Assembly (NCBI GenBank): GCA_965227515.1
Contig: CBDDFZ010000001.1
Location: forward strand, 3,936,001-4,000,000
Length of the DNA stretch: 64,000 bases
Direction of reading: 5' to 3'
From: Alphaproteobacteria bacterium
GTDB lineage: Bacteria; Pseudomonadota; Alphaproteobacteria; CALKHQ01
Below are positions 50,741 through 60,978 of this stretch, in pieces (the first letter of the stretch is position 1; each line of letters begins with the position of its first letter). The position numbers were made by a program, and so were the translations under genes. The notes under the pieces are model-generated. The model was not told where the DNA came from. It saw only the letters and a list, made by a program, of their open reading frames with translations, and ran no database searches.

Positions 50741-51499
50741 TTATCGCACGCTCAGCCGGATCGCTTCGGCGCGATCGGGTTTGTTGTCCCAGCCCCACTT
50801 CGACCAGTTGCCGTCCAGGAAGGCGGCAAAGCGGTCGGCGGTGGGCAGGCCGCGGCAGGCCAGGAACACCGGGTCCACCTCCTCCGACCCCATGGTCCAC
50901 CACAGGCTGTAGGGGTTCAGGGTCCAGGCCAGCGTGCGGTCCAGCATGTCGGGATAGGCGAGTTGCAGGTCGTCGCCCCCGCCCAGGTCGATGCGCAGGC
51001 TGTCCGGGCCATAGCGCGCGCCGTTGTCGGCCTGGCCCACGCCGACGCCGGGCGTCAGGCACCCGTCGGGCAGCCCGATGTCGCGCACCGCCGCGTCGAG
51101 CACCGAGATCTCGAACGCCTCCTCCAGCGAGGCCAGGATGGCGCATTCCGCCTTCCAGTACCAATCGCCCTCGGTGGCGGCGACGATGGCCGGGCGGACG
51201 TGCGCCGGCACCACGGCGGCCAGCGACAGCGGGAAATAGCGCCCGACCTTGTCGACGCTCGGCATCATCACGCCGACCGCCGGGTGCGGCCCGCAGATGT
51301 CGCCGGAAATGGCGAACCGCCACACCGGGCTGGTCAGATAATACTTCAGCCAGTCCTGCCCCAGGTCGGTGCGGCTGCGGTCGATGGCGGTCTGCAGCCA
51401 CGCATCCCATGGCCGCAGGAACGTCTCCGCCAGTCCGTTGCGAATGAAGTCGCCCGTCAGCGGCACTTTGCCGAAATATCCGCAGCCTATGCGATCCAT
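50741..51499 (-). CDS. tagF: T6SS post-translational repressor TagF
   Basis: GYFGKVPLTGDF, WDAWL, SPVWRF, PSVDKVGRYFPL, SLWWT. Confidence 0.92.
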   Translation of the reverse strand: MDRIGCGYFGKVPLTGDFIRNGLAETFLRPWDAWLQTAIDRSRTDLGQDWLKYYLTSPVWRFAISGDICGPHPAVGVMMPSVDKVGRYFPLSLAAVVPAHVRPAIVAATEGDWYWKAECAILASLEEAFEISVLDAAVRDIGLPDGCLTPGVGVGQADNGARYGPDSLRIDLGGGDDLQLAYPDMLDRTLAWTLNPYSLWWTMGSEEVDPVFLACRGLPTADRFAAFLDGNWSKWGWDNKPDRAEAIRLSVR

Positions 51500-51504
51500 C
51501 GATT

Positions 51505-54500
51505 TCACAGCGTGGTTGGACACCTGAAATCCTTCAGTTCCGGCAGCAGGAACGGGTTGCGCACCGTTGCCGCAGTCACTTCGAATGTCACCGACCGTTC
51601 GCCCACCGTCAATGTCGCGTTGACCTTTTCCGGCTGGGCGGTCGCCGTGGTGGTGCCTTCCAGCACATGGAACCACGCCCACGGGCCCTCCACCGTCGTG
51701 CCGTTGGGCTGACCTTCCAGCGAAGGCGTGAACGACAGGTTGACGCCGGCCGGCCCGTCCGGTCCGGGCCACTGGTAATCGGCCGGAATCTGCGGCCCGT
51801 GGCTGTAGCTGAACTGCGGCTGGCCATCGATGGTCAGCAACACGCGGTTGGCGGTCTGCGACAGTTCCACCGGCAGCAGGGTGAATTTGACCAGGGGGGT
51901 CGCACTGCTGCCGAAGAAGACATCGCGGATGGTCGCCGCACGCTCGAATTGCGCCAGGGCCGCCGACGACAGCCCCAGGCTGACGGTGCCTTCCTTCCAT
52001 TTCCAGGGCGACACCGAGATGTCGGCGTGCGGCGCCAGCGATTCGGTGAAGAACTTGTCCAGCAACTGGCCGGGGCCGAAGATGCGCGCGAAATCGTCCA
52101 GGGTGACATCGGCCGGCGCCGTCGCCTCGAACGGGTAGCGCCCGCCGATCGCCGCATCGCATTCCGGCTTGATGGTGGTGAGGTAGCTGTCGCGCAGGTC
52201 GCTGCGCGCGCCGCCGGCACTGGCGCTCTCGGAGCCGGCGATGACCTCGGCAACCAGGCCCGCCACCGGCTCCGGCAACGCCGCACTGCTGCTGTCGAGC
52301 TGCTGTAGCGCCTGGGTCAACTCGGCCGGAATCGTCGACCCGCCGGCACGGGCCGCCGCATTCAGCCCCTGATAGACCGCGCGCATGTCGGACAACACGT
52401 CGTCGATTCCCGGCGGCTGGCCATCGGCGCCGAACACCATGTCGTGCAGGTCCTCGAACTGGTCGTTGACGAACTGGCCCGGCTGCGGCGCGGCATTGGC
52501 GGCCGGCTGGCTGACGCCCGGAATGCCGTCCCCGCCACCGGCATCGCCGCTGCCATCGCCGCTGCCGTCGGCGGCTCCGTTGCCTGCCGCCGCGCCATCG
52601 CCGCTGGCGCCGTCCGCCGGGGCCGGCGCCGGGCGCACCAGCATGGTCTGGTTGGCCACCGAGGTCAGGAACTCCTTCAACGGCGAGCCCGCGCCCGACA
52701 ACACGTTCAGCACGTCACGCGCATCGTCCAGGTTGGTGATCGGGCGCACCGCCACGTCGTTCAGCAACTGGTCCCACTTGAACACGTAGTCGTCGACGTA
52801 GAGGCCGATCACGTCGTCCTTGAAGCCGTCGAGCAGGGCCTGGGTGGTGGCGTCCGGCGCGTCGTCGATGAAGACGAAGCTCTCCGCGGCGATCTCCTGG
52901 GCAATGCGGTCGAGCGCCGGCAGCAGAACGTTGTGAAAGCCCTCGTAGGTGTAGAAGCCCTCGATGCCGGACCGCAGCGTCGCGCCCGAACGGCGCACCA
53001 GCACCCGTTCCGGCGACGCCCCGGCGTTGTCCGAAATCCGCCACTCGCGAATGTTGCGGGCGGCCGCACTGCCGCGGATCGAGTCATAGGTGGCGCCGGC
53101 CAGCCCGGTCAGGTCCAGGTTCGGCCGTGCCGCCTGCACCAGCCCCTCGTCCAGGGTGAAGTTGAAGCTGAGGCCCAGCGGGTCGTTCAGCAGCGCGTCC
53201 AGATGGGTCTGCAGATGGCTGCGCAGGGTGGCGTTGTCGTCGCCGGGATAGAGGTCCGCCCAGTCCGATTGCATCAGCCGCTCGATCTGATCCGGGACGA
53301 GCGTGCCGCGCCCGCCCAACATCAGGTAGGCGCGCATGTAGCGGTAAAGGTTCTCTTCGTTGTCCAGATTGTCGCGGATCTTGTCTTCCAGGTGCAGGAA
53401 CAGGCGCGGCGCCAGCAGGTTGTTGAGCGCTCGGCGATACGACGCATTGGCCGCCGTGCCGAGCTTCTCGCCCTGGTAGAGGCCGAAGGTGTATTCCAGC
53501 GGCGGGTCGTCCAGCGGATCGCCGACGGCACCGGGCAGGCCGCGCACGATGTCCAGCAGCGGCGAGACCTTGGCGAAGTCGGTGTCGCTGACAGCTTCGG
53601 TCTCCACGTCGGCCAAGCCGGCGTTGTAGCGCTCGACCCCTTCCTCGGCCTCCTCCACCAGCTCCATGTTGTTGAAGTAGCTCCACGTCCAGCCGCCCAG
53701 CACCGCCAGCGTTAACAGCGCCAGCGTGGCGTAACCGGTGCGGCGCACCCAGACCCGCCGCTTCTCGCGCGCCGGTTCCACGCTGGCCAGCTCGGCCTCC
53801 GGGAACGCCACATTGCGCAACAGCCGGGTGACGAAGTAGCTGCGGCCGCCGCCGCTGAACGCCGGCAGCGCGCTACGGCTGACCCCGAACCGGGTGGCGA
53901 GCGCGCCCATCATGCGGTCGATGGGGGTGCCTTCCTGGGTGCCGCTGGTGAAGTAGACACCGCGCAGCAGCGGCTTCTCCTCAAACTGGCTGGGGCGGAA
54001 CACCGCGTCCAGGAAGTCCTGCAGCAGGTCGCGCAGGGAGGCCATCTGGCTGGGGAAGCCATAGATCAGCGCCCGGCGCTGAACGTCGATCTGACGATGG
54101 ACCTTGTCGAGCAGCCGGTCGTTCAACCGCTCCATCAACAGGTCGTACTCGCGGTTGAAGGTGGCCGCCGTGCCCTCCGCCGCGCGGTCGTTGTTGCCCA
54201 GCGGGAAGGTCATGCCCCAGACCTGCTGGCGCTCCTCGCGCCCCAACTCGTCGAAGAACTCGATGAAGCCGGCGATCAGGTCGCACTTGGTGAACAGCAC
54301 ATAGATCGGGAAGCGCAGCTTGAAGCGGGCGTGCAGCTCATTGATGCGGGCACGGATAATACCGGCGTGCTCGGCCCGCTCCTCCTCCGACATCGCCATC
54401 ACCTCGTTGATGGCGAAGACGATGAAGACGCCGTTGATCGGCCGGCGCGGCCGGTTGCGGCGCAACAGGTCGAGGAACCCGCCCCATGCCGCCTGGTCGA

Positions 54501-55110
54501 CCCCGGCGCGCGCATCCTGGGTGGTGTAGCGCCCGGCGGTGTCGATCAGCACCGCCTCGTCGGTGAACCACCAGTCGCAGTTGCGGGTGCCGCCGACGCC
54601 GCGCACCGCCTCGTTGCCGAGCTGGTCCTGCAGCACGAACCGCAGGCCGGACTTGACCAGGGCCGTCGTCTTGCCGGAACCCGGCGGGCCGATCAGCATG
54701 TACCACGGCAACTGGTAGAGGTAGCGCCGGCCGAAGCCGCGGCCGAACTTGGCCTTCTTCAGCAGCACCATCGCCTGGCGCATGCGGTCGCGCAGGGTCA
54801 GCACCTCCTGCGCCGAAAGCTCGGCCTCCTCCGCCGACGCCTGGGCATCGGCGGCGGTGTCCAGTTCCTCCACGATCATCGAGTTGCGCCGCTGCGCCCG
54901 GACCAGCGAGACGAACACCACGATGATGAAGATGACGAGGATGACCAGAACCGCGATCAGGCGGTTGGTCAGGTCCTCCAGCGGATAGGAGTCGCCGATC
55001 GGCACGTAGCGCAGCACGTACCAGACAAGCAGGCACGCCAGGATCACGCCGATGACCGACCAGAACCACGGCCACTTGATCAGCCGCACCAGTGCCGACA
55101 GCACCTTCAT
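51505..55110 (-). CDS. tssM: T6SS membrane complex TssM/IcmF
   Basis: LYQLPWYMLIGPPGSGKTT, GTRNCDWWF, DTAGRY, LRGVYFTSGTQEG, GRYPF. Confidence 0.96.
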   Translation of the reverse strand: MKVLSALVRLIKWPWFWSVIGVILACLLVWYVLRYVPIGDSYPLEDLTNRLIAVLVILVIFIIVVFVSLVRAQRRNSMIVEELDTAADAQASAEEAELSAQEVLTLRDRMRQAMVLLKKAKFGRGFGRRYLYQLPWYMLIGPPGSGKTTALVKSGLRFVLQDQLGNEAVRGVGGTRNCDWWFTDEAVLIDTAGRYTTQDARAGVDQAAWGGFLDLLRRNRPRRPINGVFIVFAINEVMAMSEEERAEHAGIIRARINELHARFKLRFPIYVLFTKCDLIAGFIEFFDELGREERQQVWGMTFPLGNNDRAAEGTAATFNREYDLLMERLNDRLLDKVHRQIDVQRRALIYGFPSQMASLRDLLQDFLDAVFRPSQFEEKPLLRGVYFTSGTQEGTPIDRMMGALATRFGVSRSALPAFSGGGRSYFVTRLLRNVAFPEAELASVEPAREKRRVWVRRTGYATLALLTLAVLGGWTWSYFNNMELVEEAEEGVERYNAGLADVETEAVSDTDFAKVSPLLDIVRGLPGAVGDPLDDPPLEYTFGLYQGEKLGTAANASYRRALNNLLAPRLFLHLEDKIRDNLDNEENLYRYMRAYLMLGGRGTLVPDQIERLMQSDWADLYPGDDNATLRSHLQTHLDALLNDPLGLSFNFTLDEGLVQAARPNLDLTGLAGATYDSIRGSAAARNIREWRISDNAGASPERVLVRRSGATLRSGIEGFYTYEGFHNVLLPALDRIAQEIAAESFVFIDDAPDATTQALLDGFKDDVIGLYVDDYVFKWDQLLNDVAVRPITNLDDARDVLNVLSGAGSPLKEFLTSVANQTMLVRPAPAPADGASGDGAAAGNGAADGSGDGSGDAGGGDGIPGVSQPAANAAPQPGQFVNDQFEDLHDMVFGADGQPPGIDDVLSDMRAVYQGLNAAARAGGSTIPAELTQALQQLDSSSAALPEPVAGLVAEVIAGSESASAGGARSDLRDSYLTTIKPECDAAIGGRYPFEATAPADVTLDDFARIFGPGQLLDKFFTESLAPHADISVSPWKWKEGTVSLGLSSAALAQFERAATIRDVFFGSSATPLVKFTLLPVELSQTANRVLLTIDGQPQFSYSHGPQIPADYQWPGPDGPAGVNLSFTPSLEGQPNGTTVEGPWAWFHVLEGTTTATAQPEKVNATLTVGERSVTFEVTAATVRNPFLLPELKDFRCPTTL

Positions 55111-56438
55111 CGCGGCGCCACCACTTCAATGTCGACACGGCGGTTCTTGGCCAGATCGGCGGGGGTGGTCGCGTTCTCGACCACCGGGTCGGCGTCGGCC
55201 CGGCCCTCGGCACTCAGCCGGGTCGGGTCCATGTACTCGGCCAGGATGTCGACGACCGAGGTCGCGCGGGCCTGGGACAGCTCGAAGTTGGACGGGAACT
55301 GGATGGTGCGGATCGGCACGCTGTCGGTGTGGCCAACCACCAGGATGTTGCCCTGCACCGTGCCCAGCGCGTCGGCAATGCGCTTCCAGATCGGGTCATC
55401 GTCGTTCGCGACCCGGGCCGACCCGGTGCCGAACATGCCGTCGGTGCCGATGCGGATGGTGACCTTGCGGTCGTCGCCGAACACCTCCACCTGATTGGCC
55501 GCAATCTCCGGCGCCAGGAACTGCTGCAAGGTTTGCAGCGTGGTCGGCGGCGGCGGGGTGTCGGGCACCGCCGGCGTCGGCGACACGGGCGCAGCCGGCG
55601 GCTCCGGCCGGACCAGGGTCACGTCGTCGCGCGGCTCAAGCTGCACGATGCTGCGGAAGGTCGGGTCGGACTCCTCGCCCAGGATCAGGCTGAAGATCCA
55701 GAAGCCGGCGACCAACAGGGCAATCGAGATCAGGATCGCCACCCACAGCGGCACCGGCGCACGTGAGCCGCTGCGCGACGCGGTCACGCCCTCCCAATGC
55801 GGCGACAGCTCGCTCTCGTACTCGCCACGGCGGCGGCGGATCAGCCGGTGCAGCGCGTCGCGGATGCGGGTCAGTTCCGCCGCCCCGTTGGGCAGCACCC
55901 GCAAGCGCCCCTCGAAGCCCAGCGCCAGGCACAGGTACATCAGCTCCAGCGCCGCGAAGTTGCGCTTGGTGTCGCGCTGCATGTGGTCGAGCAGGGTATA
56001 GAACCGGTCGCCGCCCCACGCCTCGCGGTGGAAGGTGGTGACCATGCCCCGCTTCGACCAGTTGCTGGCCCCGCCCCACGGCGTGTTCAGCACCACGTCA
56101 TCGACGGTCGCGCACAGCGCATATTGTCCGGCACCGACCACGCGCGGCTCGATGCCAGCGGCAATCGCGCGCCGGGTGAACTGCTTGATCTCGTCGATCA
56201 GCTGGCGGCGCAGTTCCTCGACATTGGCATGCCGCGCGGTGTTGCGGATGCGGTTGATCAGCGCCAGCAGCGGCGACGCCTCGGTCACCAGGGGGTTGAT
56301 GCCCGGATGGCGCGGCAGCGGTGGGGTCGCCGGCTGGGCCGCGCGCATGCGTTCGGCCGCGCGCCGGCCGCCGGGACTTGGCCGGACGATGGTCGATTCT
56401 GTATCGCCGTAATCGGCGAAGGGGTCGGCCCCGCTCAT
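55107..56438 (-). CDS. tssL: T6SS TssL/DotU with C-terminal OmpA peptidoglycan-binding domain
   Basis: YALCATVDD, TPWG, LCLALGFEGR; TM; VGHTDS, NFELSQARA, NRRVDI. Confidence 0.95.
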   Translation of the reverse strand: MSGADPFADYGDTESTIVRPSPGGRRAAERMRAAQPATPPLPRHPGINPLVTEASPLLALINRIRNTARHANVEELRRQLIDEIKQFTRRAIAAGIEPRVVGAGQYALCATVDDVVLNTPWGGASNWSKRGMVTTFHREAWGGDRFYTLLDHMQRDTKRNFAALELMYLCLALGFEGRLRVLPNGAAELTRIRDALHRLIRRRRGEYESELSPHWEGVTASRSGSRAPVPLWVAILISIALLVAGFWIFSLILGEESDPTFRSIVQLEPRDDVTLVRPEPPAAPVSPTPAVPDTPPPPTTLQTLQQFLAPEIAANQVEVFGDDRKVTIRIGTDGMFGTGSARVANDDDPIWKRIADALGTVQGNILVVGHTDSVPIRTIQFPSNFELSQARATSVVDILAEYMDPTRLSAEGRADADPVVENATTPADLAKNRRVDIEVVAPR

Positions 56439-56451
56439 CTAACGGTTCCCG

Positions 56452-57786
56452 TCAGCTCCTGATCGCCCAAAGCTCCATCACCACTTTGGGGAAGTCGCCC
56501 GCCAGGTGGATGGCGATCCCGCCCGATTGCGTCAGTTGCTTCCAATAGGTGCCGGTGCGGTCCAGCTCGAAGTAGCTCGCGCCCGCATTGAAGGGGATTT
56601 GACGCGGCGCCACCGGCAACGGGCTGACCGTGATGCCGGGCAGTGCCGCGTTCACCAGATTGCGGATCTGCTCCACCGGGCCGATCTTCACCTGGGTCGG
56701 GAAGTGGCGGCGGATGCTCTCCGAGGCCGCCTGCGCGCGCACCGACAGCACGAAGCTGGCGCTGGTCAGCAGGCTGCGGTCGGCGATCTGGCCGACGCGG
56801 ATGCCGTACTTGCGCTCCTGCAGAGGGATCTGGATCGCGGAGGTCTCGAACACCGCGCTCAGCGAGCGGCGCAGCGCCGTCATCACCGGGTGGAACGTCG
56901 CCTGCAAGTCCTCGTGATTGTACGCGGGGAAATCCGCCGGGCGCTTGCGTGCCTCGGTGAAGGTGGCGAACTCGCCGGCCATGCTCAGCATGGTGCGATA
57001 GAGCATCTCCGGGTGGACGGTGTCGCTGGCGACCAGATGGCCCAGCAGCGGCTCCTGCCGGTTGACCGACATCAGCAACAGGAAGTCGGCGATCTCCGCC
57101 ACGCCCTTGGTCTCGCCCTCGGCCGCGCGCGCCGCCAATGCCTCGCCGCGCTGGTGCAACAGGCCCTGCAGCTCGGTCAGATAGCCGGCCAGTACCGTGG
57201 ACGCCGATATGTCCATCGACGGCGGCACGTAGGCAGTGTCCAGCTTGATCTTGCGGTCAGCGCCCACTTCCACGATGCGCGCCAGGCCGATGCGCATGTA
57301 CCCGGCGGTCTCCGCGCCCTGTGTGCGGTAGCTGAGGTCGAGCTTGCCAACCTCCAGTTCCGCGACCGCCTCCGACCCCACGACCGCATCCGTCGCCTCG
57401 AACCGGGCGGTGCGGTAGCGGGTGATGGCGTCGTCGTTGTCGGGTGCCGCGTAGTCGTAGCTGCCGGGCTGGCGGGTCGGCAGGCAGAGGTAGACGATCT
57501 GGTCGCGGGTGTTCTCGCTCGGCTCCAGCGGCGTCGGGTGATCGCAGTCCTCGGGAATCGCGAACGGCGTGCCGTCCGGCAGCACGCCGCGGCAGCTGTT
57601 GACGGCGAAGCTGCCCGCCTCCAGCAGTTCGCGGTTGATGCTCAGCTCGCTGACACCCCAGCGATAGGGCGCCATGGCCTGGGTGCGGGCGCGCACCAGG
57701 CGCTCGACATAGCGGTCGAACTGCTGGAAATGCTGCGGGCGGAGGAACATGCCCTCCGACCAGACGACCTTGTTGTCCCAGGACAT
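56452..57786 (-). CDS. tssK: T6SS baseplate TssK
   Basis: VVWSEGMFLRPQHFQQ, LPVAPRQIP, ELWAIR. Confidence 0.96.
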   Translation of the reverse strand: MSWDNKVVWSEGMFLRPQHFQQFDRYVERLVRARTQAMAPYRWGVSELSINRELLEAGSFAVNSCRGVLPDGTPFAIPEDCDHPTPLEPSENTRDQIVYLCLPTRQPGSYDYAAPDNDDAITRYRTARFEATDAVVGSEAVAELEVGKLDLSYRTQGAETAGYMRIGLARIVEVGADRKIKLDTAYVPPSMDISASTVLAGYLTELQGLLHQRGEALAARAAEGETKGVAEIADFLLLMSVNRQEPLLGHLVASDTVHPEMLYRTMLSMAGEFATFTEARKRPADFPAYNHEDLQATFHPVMTALRRSLSAVFETSAIQIPLQERKYGIRVGQIADRSLLTSASFVLSVRAQAASESIRRHFPTQVKIGPVEQIRNLVNAALPGITVSPLPVAPRQIPFNAGASYFELDRTGTYWKQLTQSGGIAIHLAGDFPKVVMELWAIRS

Positions 57787-57830
57787 CGCGGCGCTATCCG
57801 GCCCTGCCGGCACGTGCGGCCGACGGCAGC

Positions 57831-58541
57831 TCAGCTATTGGAGTCATCGCTTTGGGGCTCCGTCAGTTCGCGGACCGGAATGTCCTGTTCGTCGATCGGA
57901 ATGTCCAGATCCTCCAGTTCCTCCAGGCTGTCGACGACGATCGGCGCCTCCGGGGCCTCGATCTTGATGGAGTTCGACTGCAGCTTGATGGTGACGTCAA
58001 CCGGCTCGCCCGGCACGTGGATCGGTGTGGTGGCCCGGAACTGGGCGTCGTTGATGTTGCGGAACGCGGCCAATACCGCCAGCACGGCCGCATCGTTCGG
58101 CAGCGCGACATTGAGCTCGGTGACATCGCCGGGCGCGATGATGAATTCCTCGCTCGACTTGATGGCGTCGCCCAGCACGTCCTGGTCCTTCTCATAGAGA
58201 TCGAAGAACCCGGCGTCGTTGAAGGCGGTGTCCTCGGTCAACCCGTAGATGCGCACCACCACCGGGGACGGGCGGTTGTTGCGATCCGGGTTCAGGAACG
58301 GCGATGCCGCCACCGCGATGCCGACGGCCGTGGGCGGCGGGTCGGTCGATTCGTCGCCGCCGCACGCGGTGACCGCGACACCGGTTCCGGCGATCAGCAA
58401 TGCGGCGCAACTGCGCGCGATGGCGCGCCGCACGCAGCCAGTCCGGCGACGGGAACCGGCGCGGCCTCGGTCACGCGGGGGGCGCGCCCGAAACCCGTGT
58501 CCGGCTCGGGCAGTTTGGGGCCGGTTGGCAAGGCCGGTCAT
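57831..58541 (-). CDS. tssJ: T6SS lipoprotein TssJ
   Basis: Lipobox VTA|C, LNPDRNNRPSPVVVRIYGL, AAFRNI. True start may be the GTG at 58433. Confidence 0.88.
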   Translation of the reverse strand: MTGLANRPQTARAGHGFRARPPRDRGRAGSRRRTGCVRRAIARSCAALLIAGTGVAVTACGGDESTDPPPTAVGIAVAASPFLNPDRNNRPSPVVVRIYGLTEDTAFNDAGFFDLYEKDQDVLGDAIKSSEEFIIAPGDVTELNVALPNDAAVLAVLAAFRNINDAQFRATTPIHVPGEPVDVTIKLQSNSIKIEAPEAPIVVDSLEELEDLDIPIDEQDIPVRELTEPQSDDSNS

Positions 58542-58553
58542 TGTGCGTCGTGT

Positions 58554-60164
58554 TCACCGAAGTTTCTTTGACTGCTCTTCATACGCTTCTGAGAACTGTT
58601 TCGTAAAGAACTCATGAAACTCGGATTCTGCGTCTCCGGCGATGGACGCATAAAAGTCGCAGAACAATTCCCAGTACTTCGATTTTCGTGCCGCCGGCAA
58701 AAGATTGCCCAGCATCGAGCGTTCTTCCAGCCGCTGCTCCAGGGCCTTGGGGTCGAATTTCTCCAACAGCCGGCGCAGCGCCAAGTGCATGGCGGCCATC
58801 GTCGCCATCTGGTGGGCCTGAATGTCTTGGAATCCCTGGTCCACCGCCTCGGTCGGGCTCAGGAAACCGCCGCCCGGCTGGCGCAGCATGGCGACAACCG
58901 CCTCGTCCTCCGACAGGCCCAGTTTCAGGGGGTTGTTGCTGGTGCGCCCGATCATGGTGCGCGAGACGTCCAGCTCGTCCTTGATCTCGGCGCGGGTCGC
59001 CAGCGCCTCCTGCAGGCCGGCCACCAGCCTGCGAAACACGTGGCCGGCATCCCGCATCAGCTGGATGGCCTGGTCCTCGGACAGCTTCATCCGGCCGAGA
59101 CCCGCACCCTCCAGGAACACACGCAATGCCGCCGCATCGGCAACGCCCCCGCCACCGGCAGACGCCGGCTGCGGCTGCGGTGCCGCCGGGCGCGGCTGAG
59201 CTGGCGGCGCAGGCTGCGCGGGCGGCGGGTCCGACGGTGCCAGGAACGGCGACGCGGTCTCGTCCGGCGGTGCGTCCAGGTCCCCGCCCAAATCCGCGCC
59301 CATGTCCGCGCCCAGATCGTCCAGGTCCCAGTCGTCCGGAATCGCGCCTGCATCCGGCTTCTGCTCAGCCGTGACCTTGGGCGGCGTGAACTGCTGGTTC
59401 TGCGACGGCACGTCGTCGGGCATCGGCGGCTGGTCCCACGCCTCGCCAATCTCGTCGTCGCCGTCGTCGAACGGGTTCAGCCCGCTATCCTGGCCCAGGC
59501 TGCCGGCCTTGGCGTAGAGCGTCCCTTCCGGCCCATGCGGCAGCAACGATTCGCCGCTTTCACGGTCGCCCGCATCGTCGAAGTCGTCCAGCGGCAGCGG
59601 CGGGCCGGATGCGCGATGCTGCGGCGGCGACCCGCCGGAACGCCGCGGCGGGTCGTCGAAGGGATTGACGTCGACCCCCAGGTCCGCGCCGACGTCTTCG
59701 AAATCGTCGTCGTCGCCGATGCCGAACGGATCGTCAGCGGCGGCAGCAGGCTTCGGCGCGCCGCCACCGAAAGGAGACGGCGCCACCATGGTGCTGTCGG
59801 AGTCCGCCGCCCCGGCCGGGACGCCCGCGCCAGCCCCGCTGCCCTCGGCAATCTCAGCCACCAGCTCGTACTCGCCGATGCGCAGGCTGTCGCCCGGGTT
59901 CAGCGCCACCGTCTGGTCGCGGCCCACCCGCTCGGCCGCGCCGTTCATGAACACCCCGTTGGCGCTGGTATCGGTCAGCGTATAGGCACCGCCGCCGCCC
60001 TCGATCCGACAATGCCATTTCGACAATTGGCGCGCGCTGTCGGCCAGCACCAGGTCGTTGTCCGGCGCACGCCCGATGGTGATGCTGCCTTCGTCCAACT
60101 CGACGCTGCTCTCGAACCCGGGCGGGACCGCACCAGGATCGACGATGGATATCCGTAAGGTCAT
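58554..60164 (-). CDS. tagH: T6SS FHA protein TagH/Fha
   Basis: FHA IGR...SKWHC...DTSANG; acidic/Pro linker; NNPLK, DIQAHQMA, FSEAYEEQ. Confidence 0.93.
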   Translation of the reverse strand: MTLRISIVDPGAVPPGFESSVELDEGSITIGRAPDNDLVLADSARQLSKWHCRIEGGGGAYTLTDTSANGVFMNGAAERVGRDQTVALNPGDSLRIGEYELVAEIAEGSGAGAGVPAGAADSDSTMVAPSPFGGGAPKPAAAADDPFGIGDDDDFEDVGADLGVDVNPFDDPPRRSGGSPPQHRASGPPLPLDDFDDAGDRESGESLLPHGPEGTLYAKAGSLGQDSGLNPFDDGDDEIGEAWDQPPMPDDVPSQNQQFTPPKVTAEQKPDAGAIPDDWDLDDLGADMGADLGGDLDAPPDETASPFLAPSDPPPAQPAPPAQPRPAAPQPQPASAGGGGVADAAALRVFLEGAGLGRMKLSEDQAIQLMRDAGHVFRRLVAGLQEALATRAEIKDELDVSRTMIGRTSNNPLKLGLSEDEAVVAMLRQPGGGFLSPTEAVDQGFQDIQAHQMATMAAMHLALRRLLEKFDPKALEQRLEERSMLGNLLPAARKSKYWELFCDFYASIAGDAESEFHEFFTKQFSEAYEEQSKKLR

Positions 60165-60382
60165 GGGCGTGTCTGTCCGCTCAATCTAGTGGCCCAGGCG
60201 CCAAAGCGCCCCGCCACGCGCGCGTGCCTGGCTAGGGCGCTCGCCCACCATTGCCGGTCCGGTTTTTCCGGCCAAGGCTGTTCGCAATGTTTCGCACGCA
60301 CTGCGTTCGCGCTGCCAAAATGGGCGCGGTCAGCCATCGGCGTCAACCCTCGCCTCGCGCATGCAAGACATGCCGCGGCGGA

Positions 60383-60964
60383 TCACCCCGATCGCCCGTC
60401 GCCGCCATCCGCGATGTTGGCCGCCTGGGCGAGGAATCGCTTGAATTTCGCCTCCGCCTCCTCGGCCTCGGGCTGAACCGCGGCCAGCATGACCGAACCG
60501 AACACGGCGGTCGCGGTCATGGTCTCGGCGGGCTCCACCGCTGGCAGGTCAGGCTGTGAGATGCTGCCGCCGCTCCAGAACGCGCCGGCCGCGGTCCAAT
60601 GCGCGGCACGATTGAACTCGGTCGCCTCGGCCAGCTCCATTGCCGCACGCCGGTTCTTGTCGGTCGGGCGATAGACCCAGGCTTCGCTCGCCTTGATGAT
60701 CTCGGCGTCGGCGGGGTCCGGCGGCTTCGTCAGCGACTGGCGCGCGCAGGTGCACGCCCACCACACCGCTTCTCGCTTCGGCAGCGCGTAGGCAAACACC
60801 TTCAGCGCGTCCGGCCACATCTCCTCTTCCACCAGCTTGGCGATCAGCGACTTGATCGGCGCCCGTTCGACGATCAGCGGCTTCGCCTCGTCGGAAAAAT
60901 CCGCGACCGCCGCAACGTCGCCGGCGGTATGCATGGTGAACTTCTTCAGGCTGCCGAGCTGCAT
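60383..60964 (-). CDS. VgrG-associated conserved protein (DUF6931-like)
   Basis: AYALPKREAVWWAC, AWVYRP, AAGAFWSGGS; directly downstream of vgrG. Confidence 0.7.
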   Translation of the reverse strand: MQLGSLKKFTMHTAGDVAAVADFSDEAKPLIVERAPIKSLIAKLVEEEMWPDALKVFAYALPKREAVWWACTCARQSLTKPPDPADAEIIKASEAWVYRPTDKNRRAAMELAEATEFNRAAHWTAAGAFWSGGSISQPDLPAVEPAETMTATAVFGSVMLAAVQPEAEEAEAKFKRFLAQAANIADGGDGRSG

Positions 60965-60978
60965 GGCGGCTAGTCGTC

